From: Candidatus Saccharibacteria bacterium CPR2
GTDB taxonomy: Bacteria > Patescibacteriota > Saccharimonadia > Saccharimonadales > QWHN01
Reading direction: 5' to 3'
Assembly: GCA_021404905.1 (NCBI GenBank)
Contig: QWHN01000002.1
Coordinates: forward strand, 143,582-182,379
Length of the DNA stretch: 38,798 nucleotides
Under the pieces are notes generated by a model. The model was not told the DNA's origin and did no database searches. It worked only from the letters and a program-made list of their open reading frames with translations. The translations under genes were made by a program, and so were the position numbers. Shown piece by piece: positions 1-8,825 of the stretch. Numbering within the stretch: the first letter of the stretch is position 1; each line of letters starts with the position of its first letter.

Positions 1-483
1 TCTGAAAACATTTTTGCGCAAAGGCGAAAAATTCAGTTGCTTATCTGACGTAAAACTACCTAAGCTTATCACCTTGCTAATTCTTTGCTGCAAATCAGGA
101 CAGATCTGAAGCATTGTTGTCACGATAATAAAACCATAAGACATGGTAACGATATTCACACTGTCTTTTTCTTGATAAAGACCAGTTATGCATTTTTTTA
201 AATAATCCGCATAGTTGTTGAAATTTGGGTTTTGCCATTTCATAGATATCCCGGCATGGCCTGGTAAATCTACAGCCGTAACCGAACCGTATTTATTCAA
301 ATAAACTGCCAATGAATAGATTCTTTCTATGTTGGAATGATGGCCATAAACTATTAGATATTTTTTCTTTTTGCTTGATTTTAAAAACAGCTTTCGAGTT
401 TTATACCCTCCAATTTTAACAATTGAGAGCTCATTTTCTGGAATTTCAACTGGGATAGGAGGCATGGTGTTTGGTCTAGCCAT
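1..483 (-). CDS. alpha/beta-fold hydrolase, partial (runs off window start)
   Basis: Not in ORF track. Manual translation from ATG at 483 (or 465): MARPNTMPPIPVEIP...LIVYGHHSNIERIYSLAVYLNKYGSVTAVDLPGHAG...VNIVTMSYGFII..., open to base 1. YG-H, DLPGH and x-x-S-x-G elbow motifs; overlaps the upstream stop by 8 nt. Confidence 0.75.
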   Translation of the reverse strand, partial: MARPNTMPPIPVEIPENELSIVKIGGYKTRKLFLKSSKKKKYLIVYGHHSNIERIYSLAVYLNKYGSVTAVDLPGHAGISMKWQNPNFNNYADYLKKCITGLYQEKDSVNIVTMSYGFIIVTTMLQICPDLQQRISKVISLGSFTSDKQLNFSPLRKNVFR

Positions 484-1327
484 GATGTTTAAGATAGCAC
501 ATGATTAACTGGCCATCAGTATAAAACCTATGTCCATATCCGTTGCGCGACTCATAATAATAGCCCGCCGTTGGGAATTTTTTTACACTATTGATCAATT
601 TGGTTTTGTCTAAAGACTGGACGATATAATCTCTTTCGGCATCAACGTTCGGGTGGATTATGTGCGTAACCCGGCCAGTTCGATAGCACACTCCAACACC
701 GTTATCGTACGTACCAGCTCCAAGCCAAAGATTATTCTTATCTGTCTCAGGTAAATCTGTATAGCGCCAAAATCTAACGTGATGTCGCCGAAACGGATTT
801 TTATTAACTTCCTGCTGGAACACCATATCTTGCTTCTTACCCCTAAGATAGAGGTTATATACCGGTGCGTTCGGGTAAGATTGCCTCAGCAAAGTGCTTT
901 TTATCATTTTAAAAGCAGTTTTTAAAGTTATTTTATCTGCCGTCCTCCAACCGGCTAAAGTCATGCTTTTTTGGAGCGTCATTTTTGAGCCAACAACAGC
1001 AATATTCACAGGATCTCCAAATAGTCCATCAGCAGTTTGGCTTCTATGCGGAATATTTTGCCGATTTATAGCTCTCGTTATTACTCTAGCCAGAGCAGGC
1101 AAAGCGATATAAGTCACGTATATGTAGGCTAGAAATATGCTGATAATCAGTGGAGTCGCTTGAAATATCTTAGGGATAAACCACTTAACGCTAAAATAAA
1201 TTACGAACCAGCCAATTATGAGGACTACAGCTCTAATACCCCAACGAACAAAAAAATTGGGCTCAACAGACTGCGTATTAAAATCACGCGTCAATAAAGA
1301 TTCATGTTGTATATTTTTTTTCGCCAT
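476..1327 (-). CDS. LssY C-terminal domain membrane protein
   Basis: Two N-terminal TM segments, then DPVNI, GW..AD, APV..LYL.G..QD, RHHVRFW, W.GA.TYD.G, TH.I.P.VD.ERD motifs typical of LssY_C. Confidence 0.75.
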   Translation of the reverse strand: MAKKNIQHESLLTRDFNTQSVEPNFFVRWGIRAVVLIIGWFVIYFSVKWFIPKIFQATPLIISIFLAYIYVTYIALPALARVITRAINRQNIPHRSQTADGLFGDPVNIAVVGSKMTLQKSMTLAGWRTADKITLKTAFKMIKSTLLRQSYPNAPVYNLYLRGKKQDMVFQQEVNKNPFRRHHVRFWRYTDLPETDKNNLWLGAGTYDNGVGVCYRTGRVTHIIHPNVDAERDYIVQSLDKTKLINSVKKFPTAGYYYESRNGYGHRFYTDGQLIMCYLKHHG

Positions 1328-1383
1328 TTTTTACTCTTTAGAGAATAAGTTAACAACTATACTGGGAATTATTATATACGAGT

Positions 1384-2856
1384 CTAGCGTCTCCTTGCGT
1401 GATTTGAAGACTTCTTTATTTCATCGGCAACTGTTCTAGCTGAAGTAATAACAAAGGGTATGCTAACACCAGGCTTTGTGTCTTGGCCAACATAATATAG
1501 CCCGGAAACTTTTAGACTTTTATTGGGAGGCCGCATAACAACATTTTGGCTGGTTGTGTGAGCTAAACCAAAAGCGCTGGAATTATAAGCATTAAACCTG
1601 CTCTTATAGTATCCGGGAGGTTTGATCTGTTCGTAAACAATATCCAGCCTCTTGCCAACATGCCGCTCAATCTTTTCAATTACTGCCTGTCTTAATTCGC
1701 TTAAACGATTTATATCCATCTTCATTCCAGTAGGGAAGGGAAGTACCACTCTTAAACAACTGCATCCTTCGGGGGCAAGCGACTTGTCAGCTAGTGACGA
1801 TAAAGTTGCAAAAAATTGAATATTGTCAGTAGATTTTTTAGATTTCAACTTCAAGCAAAAATCATGCCAATTCTCATCAATAAACACATTGTGAACAGCC
1901 AAAGAGTCGCCCAAATTACCCTGGACACCAAAATTCATGATAATTGCCGATGAAGAATAAGCAGCACTTTTCCAATAGGTTTTAGGGTAGGTTCTATAAA
2001 TATATGGCACTAATTTTGTTTCTGTAAAAGCATAGTCCATCGCCGAAACAACGCTATCAGCAAAAAAGGTCTCTTCTTTTGTAGTTACACCTTTGATTTT
2101 TCCCTTATTTATGTTAATTTTACTCACATTTTCCGAGCATAAAATATCAACCCCTTGACTCAAAGCAAGTTTTTCCAGAGATTCAACGACTTTTTTAAAA
2201 CCTCCCACCGGATACCACAGCCCATCGTCAAAAAGTGAAGCCAGCCAAAATATGTGAAAAGCTGGCAACAGGACAGGATTAAGACCAAGTTGCATTGGTA
2301 TTGTCTCAAGTAAATCTTTAATTTCTTGGCTTTTTAGCGACTGCTTCAAAAAACCATGATATGAGCGAAGAAGGTTAAATTTTTTTAACTGGTTATACGC
2401 CCAGTTTCTTAATTGTATTGATTCGGATTGGTTACCATCATCTTGGAGTTTTGAGCTCATAATTTCATAAGCTCTTCTCGATTCAACAAGTAGTTTTGTT
2501 ACGTCTTCTGAGGAACCAGGCGACATTTTTTCAAATGTATTAAGGCTATCCTCAAAACCAGCTTTTACATCGCGGTAGCCTTGAGGAGTGATAACTCGAA
2601 ACATTGGGTCCAAACGAACCAAATCATAATAATTTTCTCTGTTTTCTCCCAGTTCTCTGAAAAGATCGTCGATAACTTGCCCCATCAAATACCATGTCGG
2701 GCCAAGATCAAAACTAAAACCATGAGCAGTGTGATAATCAGCCCGACCGCCAACATGCCTGTTTTTCTCGAGTATGGTAACTTCATTTCCCTGATTGGAT
2801 AACAAAGCAGCGGCTGCTAGCCCCGAAAATCCTCCGCCAATTACAGTAATTTTCAT
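1384..2856 (-). CDS. crtI: phytoene desaturase (CrtI)-family FAD oxidoreductase
   Basis: Start revised to ATG 2856 (MKITVIGGGFSGLAAA, Rossmann GxGxxG), ATGA overlap with tyrS stop. GGRA, FDLGPTW, YPVGG and C-terminal LYYVG...PG motifs. Substrate not proven. Confidence 0.7.
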   Translation of the reverse strand: MKITVIGGGFSGLAAAALLSNQGNEVTILEKNRHVGGRADYHTAHGFSFDLGPTWYLMGQVIDDLFRELGENRENYYDLVRLDPMFRVITPQGYRDVKAGFEDSLNTFEKMSPGSSEDVTKLLVESRRAYEIMSSKLQDDGNQSESIQLRNWAYNQLKKFNLLRSYHGFLKQSLKSQEIKDLLETIPMQLGLNPVLLPAFHIFWLASLFDDGLWYPVGGFKKVVESLEKLALSQGVDILCSENVSKININKGKIKGVTTKEETFFADSVVSAMDYAFTETKLVPYIYRTYPKTYWKSAAYSSSAIIMNFGVQGNLGDSLAVHNVFIDENWHDFCLKLKSKKSTDNIQFFATLSSLADKSLAPEGCSCLRVVLPFPTGMKMDINRLSELRQAVIEKIERHVGKRLDIVYEQIKPPGYYKSRFNAYNSSAFGLAHTTSQNVVMRPPNKSLKVSGLYYVGQDTKPGVSIPFVITSARTVADEIKKSSNHARRR

Positions 2857-4037
2857 CCTTGTTGAGTCAAACGCGCATAGCGCTTTTTGCCAATCTTTAG
2901 CTTTATATTCCAAGCCTTGATGTTTTTGTCATTAACAGATTCACCCGTATCAAACAATTTTACAGCGCCAGCCTCAACCAACCGGTTAAATTGGTTGCGA
3001 GAGGGAACAATCTTATTTTGCACTAACACTTCCCATAAAAATTGACCTTGCTTGTAGTTTATTTTCTCAAAATCACTATCCTGCAAGTTCTTACTCCTAA
3101 CCTGACGCTGAAAATCTTCTTTGGCTGACTCGGCCTTATTTTCTCCATGGATTAATTTTGTTATTTCAAACGCGGTTCGCTCCTTGGCTTCAAGCGGATC
3201 TCCCGAAACTATGTTCGCCACATTTCTAAGAGGGATTCGCGTCAACCGCGTTAACAGCACTTCCGTCATACTATCCGGCAACGCCATAATGTTCCTGAAT
3301 AATTCTGAAGGGGATACATTCAGGAAAACACCCGTTCCTTGGCTTTTAGACATTAATTTGCCACTTTCCGGATCTGCTATCAAATTAGTTGTAATTACAA
3401 ACTTTTCTTTGTTATTTAATCGTTTTTGCAAAATTCTGCCCGCCAAGGCATTGAATGTCTGGTCAGTACCGGCAAGCTCAACGTCAACATCCATGACCAC
3501 GCTGTCATAACCCTGCATCAGAGGGTAAAGAAACTCATGGAGATAGATCGGCTTGTCGTTTTTTAGGCGCTTTTGGAACATATCTCTTTCAGTCATCTGT
3601 TGAACTGTGAAATTTGTTGCCAAGCTGAGTATTTCTTCAAAATTTAGATTCGCCAGCCATTTAGAATTGTACATAATACGCACGGGATTATGCTTGTCCT
3701 GAAAATTTAGCAATGGTTTTATTTGCTTTAACCAAAGTTTAACATTTTTATCTACTTCTTCTTTGCTAAGCTGTGCCCTGGCGCTATCTTTATCTGTTGG
3801 ATCTCCAATTCGTGCGGTAAAATCACCAAATAACACGATTACTTCGTGTCCAAGACTGCGAAATTCTTCCAGCAAAATAAGATTTTGCGCATGGCCCAGG
3901 TGTAAAGCTTCTCCGGTTGCATCAAATCCTATATAAAACCTCAATTTTCTTGATTTTGCTGCTTCTTCAAAAGCTTTTCGGCTTGGAATTACCTCAGATA
4001 TCACGCCTCTGTCAAAAATTTCTTTTAGTGCCGGCAT
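2853..4037 (-). CDS. tyrS: tyrosine--tRNA ligase
   Basis: YIGFDAT, HLGH (HIGH), GDFTARIGDP, YPLMQGYD, GTDQTFN, LMSKS, C-terminal S4-like domain (IGKKR). Confidence 0.97.
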   Translation of the reverse strand: MPALKEIFDRGVISEVIPSRKAFEEAAKSRKLRFYIGFDATGEALHLGHAQNLILLEEFRSLGHEVIVLFGDFTARIGDPTDKDSARAQLSKEEVDKNVKLWLKQIKPLLNFQDKHNPVRIMYNSKWLANLNFEEILSLATNFTVQQMTERDMFQKRLKNDKPIYLHEFLYPLMQGYDSVVMDVDVELAGTDQTFNALAGRILQKRLNNKEKFVITTNLIADPESGKLMSKSQGTGVFLNVSPSELFRNIMALPDSMTEVLLTRLTRIPLRNVANIVSGDPLEAKERTAFEITKLIHGENKAESAKEDFQRQVRSKNLQDSDFEKINYKQGQFLWEVLVQNKIVPSRNQFNRLVEAGAVKLFDTGESVNDKNIKAWNIKLKIGKKRYARLTQQG

Positions 4038-4174
4038 TTTTAAATATTTTCTCCTTGTATCAATGATTGCTTGCCTCTTGAAATAATATATCTCATAAGC
4101 CCGACAAGCAAACTTACCTTTAATAAACCATACCCCATACTATAACAGATAGCATAAGCGTATTGACTAGATGC

Positions 4175-4203
4175 TTGATTTATTATATAGCATATAGTAT
4201 ATT
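4175..4203 (+). promoter_or_regulatory. putative sigma70 promoter for the LPNTA peptide-sortase-GT2 operon
   Basis: TTGATT-N17-TATATT upstream of a purine-rich SD region and ATG 4247. Confidence 0.45.
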
Positions 4204-4246
4204 ACTTTAGACAGATTAGTATAAGGGGTGGGAGAAGGGAAACGCC

Positions 4247-4444
4247 ATGAGCAATGGTTCAAATGAAACAGGTCAAGTTCTTGGCGCCGCTACAACCACT
4301 TTAGCTGGTGCCGCTGGAGTTGCTGTTTTGCCCAACACAGCTGGGTCAACATTACTACAGTTTATGAGCATTGCCGCAATCATACTTGGTAGCGCTTTGC
4401 TGATTACTGCTGTTGTGCGTAAATACGCCAAACACGTTAACTAA
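4247..4444 (+). CDS. 65-aa peptide with LPxTA sortase sorting signal
   Basis: GQVLGA...VLPNTAG, hydrophobic helix (LLQFMSIAAIILGSALLITAVV), basic tail RKYAK. Purine-rich SD region (GGAGAAGGG); 6 nt upstream of a sortase gene. Confidence 0.75.
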   Translation: MSNGSNETGQVLGAATTTLAGAAGVAVLPNTAGSTLLQFMSIAAIILGSALLITAVVRKYAKHVN

Positions 4445-4450
4445 ACTATC

Positions 4451-5038
4451 GTGAAGTTATCTAAATACAAAAAGTTTTTCATGCCTATACTAGGCATGGC
4501 ATTAGTAGCCGCGGGTATTCTGGGGCTATTTTTGCATATACAAAAAACTACCCCAATAGTTTTTGACTACGTTAACGACACGCCTGTTAATGCTGCTCAA
4601 ACAAGTTCGGAAGAAATCGAGTATGTCAGCGGCAAGCCCGTAAATATCTCCATACCTTCAATAGGAATGAATCTGGAAGTTAAGCCCGGGTATTATAACG
4701 CCGCGTCCCAAAGCTGGACTCTATCTGAAACCGCAGCTCATTATGCCACTATCACGAAGCCGGCTAACAATAAAGAAGGTAATACATTTATATACGGTCA
4801 TAATTTACCTAAGGTGTTTGAACCCCTTTCAAACCTAAAAGCTGGCGATATAGCCTATATCGGCACCGACAATGGTAAAACTTTTAAATACCGCTTAAAT
4901 AGAGTAACGGTGGCATCGCCAAGCGATACGGCTGTTCTTAGATATAGCGGCAGTCCCGTGCTGACAATCCAAACATGCTCCGGGGCATGGTATGAAAAAC
5001 GTTCTCTGTTTTGGTTTGAATATGTTGAGGTAACCTAA
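4451..5038 (+). CDS. sortase (class D/E/F-like)
   Basis: N-terminal TM anchor, ISIPSIG, catalytic triad YGHN ... TIQTC ... R. Confidence 0.9.
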   Translation: MKLSKYKKFFMPILGMALVAAGILGLFLHIQKTTPIVFDYVNDTPVNAAQTSSEEIEYVSGKPVNISIPSIGMNLEVKPGYYNAASQSWTLSETAAHYATITKPANNKEGNTFIYGHNLPKVFEPLSNLKAGDIAYIGTDNGKTFKYRLNRVTVASPSDTAVLRYSGSPVLTIQTCSGAWYEKRSLFWFEYVEVT

Positions 5039-5043
5039 AAACC

Positions 5044-6321
5044 ATGCAAGAGATTACTTTTTACACTTTTTTAATTATTGGGTTTATTTATTTTTCCCAC
5101 ATCGCGATATTCTGCATTGGCGGCAATATTTACGACATCGTCCAGACGCTAAACAAAAACAAGCTAAAAAATTCAAGGTATAAAAAATATCACCCTCAAG
5201 TAAGCGTGCTGATCCCAGCCTATAATGAAGAGCTCGTAATTGAAAGATGTTTGGAATCTGTTATAAAAAGTCAGCATCGAAAACTTCAAATTATTGCTAT
5301 TAACGATAATTCTAGTGATAACACCGCGCAAATTGTTCGAGAATTTATCCGAAATAACTCCAAGAAAAACATACGTCTTATATCCAGGCGTAAAAATCAG
5401 GGCAAAGCCATGGGGCTAAACTATGCTTTGAAGAAATACGCGACAGGCGAGCTAATAATGACTCTTGATGCTGATTCAATTCTGGAAAAACGGACTATAT
5501 CAAACGCGGTTAAATATTTTATCAATAATAATATTCACGGAATCGCGGCAAACGTACGTATTTTGCCTAGCAGGGGTTCTTTCTTAAACTTACTGCAACT
5601 TTTCGAGTATTTGGTGAGTTATAGAACAAAAAAATTCTATTCACTGACAAACTCTGAATTCATAATTGGCGGGGTAGGGTCGGTATACAGAAAAGATACG
5701 ATGAAAAATTTTGGATACTATGATGATTCTTCGGCTACTGAAGATATCGGGCTAAGTATGAAAATAGCTTCAAGCGGGACAAAAAGCATGAAGTTAAAAT
5801 ACGCGTCCAATGTAATTGCTTTCACCGAATCAGTATCAACAATCCCGCAGTTGCTCAAACAACGCTATCGCTGGAAATATGGAAATCTGCAAAATTTATT
5901 TAAATATTCCAGTAAATTTATAGCTAATCGAAAAAACCAGTCGAAAGTAATGCTTTTTTATCGCTTACCGATGTCTTATTTATCTGAGATATTGCTTTTA
6001 CTTGAGCCGTTTTTGCTTAGTTACGCGTTTTATTTGTCTTATAAGTCTGGAACTATTTCTGTATTTGTGAGCGCATATATACTGCTCAGCGTCTACAGTG
6101 CCTTTGTTTTGTGGAGCGACGAATATTTGTCTGTAGCCAATAAACGCAAACTAAGCCTTGCCGTGCCAGCCCTATATTTTTTATTTTATATAATGAGTTT
6201 TATACAAATTGCCGCTGCGATAAAATGCTTAGGCAAGATTCCATCTATAGCCACATCAAATTCCAGTAATAATACTTGGATATCCCCAAAAAGACTTGGG
6301 GCAAAAATATTGCTTAGATAG
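5044..6321 (+). CDS. processive membrane glycosyltransferase family 2 (IcaA/PgaC-like)
   Basis: IPAYNEE, NDNSSD, GKA.GLN, DAD, TED and QRYRW (D,D,D,QxxRW) motifs; N- and C-terminal TM helices. Confidence 0.9.
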   Translation: MQEITFYTFLIIGFIYFSHIAIFCIGGNIYDIVQTLNKNKLKNSRYKKYHPQVSVLIPAYNEELVIERCLESVIKSQHRKLQIIAINDNSSDNTAQIVREFIRNNSKKNIRLISRRKNQGKAMGLNYALKKYATGELIMTLDADSILEKRTISNAVKYFINNNIHGIAANVRILPSRGSFLNLLQLFEYLVSYRTKKFYSLTNSEFIIGGVGSVYRKDTMKNFGYYDDSSATEDIGLSMKIASSGTKSMKLKYASNVIAFTESVSTIPQLLKQRYRWKYGNLQNLFKYSSKFIANRKNQSKVMLFYRLPMSYLSEILLLLEPFLLSYAFYLSYKSGTISVFVSAYILLSVYSAFVLWSDEYLSVANKRKLSLAVPALYFLFYIMSFIQIAAAIKCLGKIPSIATSNSSNNTWISPKRLGAKILLR

Positions 6322-8014
6322 GCTGCCAACAAATATCGTCGATATAGGCAAGAGTGTTGGAGCCTTTTACAACTATTATTTGTAATTTTGCGCTTGTTAC
6401 CTGAGTGCTGGATGGAGTGTAACTAAACTCAACATTTTTTATGCCTTTGCCGACCGACGAGCCAATATATTTTCCTGATATCCATTGGCCATTAACATCA
6501 TATTCATCAACGTAAAATCCAATTGATGAATTATTGCGTAGCCTAGCCACATTCAAAAATGCAGAAATTTTATAAGTTTGAGCAGGGCTGACATTAACTT
6601 TTGGCGAGAATAAATGCACGTTACGGTCTTTGCGCGAAGTTAGTTTAATTGAGTTTTTAGGTTCACTGGGAGCGCCGTTATTATTGACGTCAAGCAATAT
6701 TTTTTGCGAAGCATCGGTTGACCAGCCATTACTTAAACCCTGCTCAAAATTACCATTCACAAGCAAATTCTGAGGCTCCGGATTGGGGTCGCCAGGACCT
6801 TTGGGACCAACACAATACAGTTGCACATTATCCAGAAGAAGTACATTGCTGCTCGAGGCAGTTAGTATGAATTGCAGACTAATGCTCGCAACATTCACGG
6901 AAGTCGGCACATAAACGTAGTTAGCGTTTTTTGCCAGCACGTTATCAACAAAGCTAATTGGCTTATACTGTCCGCTGATCCAGTTTCCATTTTGGTCGTA
7001 TTCGTCAATATACCAAGCAGCTTCGCTTGTAATCTGGGTATTGTCCAAATTCACGTAACTCTTTAGTACATATTGTTTTTGGTCCGATACATTTATTTTT
7101 TCTGAAAACAGGTGAACATTTTTCTCTGGCGTTGACACAATTTTGGCTGAACTTTGAGATTCAGGAACACTGCCGTTATTGTTTTGATCTATCGCTAAGT
7201 TTGGGTTGTCCGTCGTCCAGCCGCTAAGACCATTGGTAAATGAAGAGTTATTAACCATATTTACTGTATCTTTTATTAACCCGTCGCTAACGTTGACCAC
7301 GTCAAGACCCTGAGTTTTTACGTAAGAAGCAATTTGCCGCAAATCCTCAGTGCTATATTCATAATCATTGCTGTCCGGGCTTGGATTGTCGGCAATATTA
7401 TGAAACACCAGTACAAGCCAATAGTTATTGGTTTTAGCCTGGTCGATATATTGCTTAACCTGAGAAACGCTTACGCCAACCTGGACTTGCTGGACTTTAA
7501 TTAAATAATCGTTGTAAGGCCAGGTGTTGTAACCCGTATCATGAAACGGTCGATGAGAAGTGTAGTGACGCGCTATTGCTTCAATAACACGATTGTCATA
7601 ATCGCCATATGGAGTGGCAAAGGATTTTGGATTAAACCCTTTGGATTCCAGGATGCTTTTGCTGGTGGCAACTTCGTTCTCAATTTCTAGGTCACTAAGT
7701 TGGCTCATTAATGGGTGAGTAACGCTATGGGCGCCGATCTCCCAGCCATATTGGCTGGCAAGCTGGCTGGTTTGGCTCCAGGTTAAATACTCGCTTTGGC
7801 CAACAAATGAAGTTGTTATATATGCGGTTCCAGTATAGCCAAACTCTGAAAGTACCGGAGCAGCTTCAAGTAATGTACTCGAATATCCATCATCAAACGT
7901 AAAACTAACTTTTGGATAAGCTGGCTGAGCATCTGCACGGACAGAACTTGAAAGCAGAGCCCAGGTTAAAGCTGCTAATATTACTGAGAAAAATACTGTG
8001 GTTAATCTACGCAC
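6314..8014 (-). CDS. secreted polysaccharide deacetylase (CE4/NodB) with two CBM4/9-like domains
   Basis: Signal peptide (VRA|DA), TFDDG, HSVTH, TPYG and LVFH motifs; two ~150-aa internal repeats (N..F..GL..W.TD ... NVHLFS.K.NVS ... Y.DEYD.NG.WISG.Y) joined by a G/P linker. Confidence 0.88.
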   Translation of the reverse strand: MRRLTTVFFSVILAALTWALLSSSVRADAQPAYPKVSFTFDDGYSSTLLEAAPVLSEFGYTGTAYITTSFVGQSEYLTWSQTSQLASQYGWEIGAHSVTHPLMSQLSDLEIENEVATSKSILESKGFNPKSFATPYGDYDNRVIEAIARHYTSHRPFHDTGYNTWPYNDYLIKVQQVQVGVSVSQVKQYIDQAKTNNYWLVLVFHNIADNPSPDSNDYEYSTEDLRQIASYVKTQGLDVVNVSDGLIKDTVNMVNNSSFTNGLSGWTTDNPNLAIDQNNNGSVPESQSSAKIVSTPEKNVHLFSEKINVSDQKQYVLKSYVNLDNTQITSEAAWYIDEYDQNGNWISGQYKPISFVDNVLAKNANYVYVPTSVNVASISLQFILTASSSNVLLLDNVQLYCVGPKGPGDPNPEPQNLLVNGNFEQGLSNGWSTDASQKILLDVNNNGAPSEPKNSIKLTSRKDRNVHLFSPKVNVSPAQTYKISAFLNVARLRNNSSIGFYVDEYDVNGQWISGKYIGSSVGKGIKNVEFSYTPSSTQVTSAKLQIIVVKGSNTLAYIDDICWQPI

Positions 8015-8094
8015 ATACTAAATCCATTAATTCTGCGTATATTGTGCGTTATTTTTGCTAAAATGTAAAATTCTAGTGTTTTATTTAAAGCTTC

Positions 8095-8766
8095 TTATTC
8101 GCCTAATGCGCTGTAACAAGCCTGTTGTGCGCCGGGATCAGTAATTTGTTCACAGGTTTGTCGCTGTAACTCCATGTTGCTTTGAGCAGATTGCTGTAAC
8201 TGTTGTTGCTGAGCTGTAAGATCGGTAAATTCAACGTCAGCAGGTGGAGTAAAGAATGATTCATCGACACTCCATTTATCGCAATTAAACTCATAGCTCT
8301 GATCTGTATTTACCGGCTCGTTAGTTTGGGCTGAATCTCCAGTTTCTGCGGTTGTACTTTCTCCAGTCGCAGGAATTTTAAACTTGCTGCCTTGTTTTTC
8401 GCTATCTATCCATGTGTATGCGTAAGTGCCATCGTTTATCATGCTGCTTTTAATCTCACCGCTAGTGGCATCTTGAACCCTGAATTCGCCTCGCATTTTT
8501 GCTCCGGCAACATAAACTGTACCTGAAGATACGCTCCCAGTAGATTGATCGGTGTGCGTAAAACTACACTGCATATTTTCACCAAGCTTTGCCAGCTCAT
8601 CAAGCGAGGTATTAAGGCTTTTCTTTGTGCTTGCTACTTCCGTAGAACTGCTGCTTTCTTGAGTTGAACTATTGCTTGAATCCTTTTTTGAACCCAGAAC
8701 AAAATATCCGCCAACCCCAAGCAAAATTAAAACCGCAACAACTGCTAGCCAAATTTTTTTATTCAT
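8095..8766 (-). CDS. membrane-anchored extracytoplasmic hypothetical protein
   Basis: ATG 8766 after a GGGGG SD-like run; N-terminal TM, Ser-rich linker, beta-rich domain with four Cys and F.PP..V.F.D. Confidence 0.7.
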   Translation of the reverse strand: MNKKIWLAVVAVLILLGVGGYFVLGSKKDSSNSSTQESSSSTEVASTKKSLNTSLDELAKLGENMQCSFTHTDQSTGSVSSGTVYVAGAKMRGEFRVQDATSGEIKSSMINDGTYAYTWIDSEKQGSKFKIPATGESTTAETGDSAQTNEPVNTDQSYEFNCDKWSVDESFFTPPADVEFTDLTAQQQQLQQSAQSNMELQRQTCEQITDPGAQQACYSALGE

Positions 8767-8825
8767 ATAAACCCCCATGATTAGACAATAGCTTCCACTA
8801 ATTGTCTGATTTAATTAACCCTTAG

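Noticed and set aside
8095-8766. C-terminal ...LGE as a Pup/UBact-like modifier for the PafA homolog
   Set aside because: Protein is over 220 aa, membrane anchored and extracytoplasmic, lacks GG[EQ] and lies 8 kb away.
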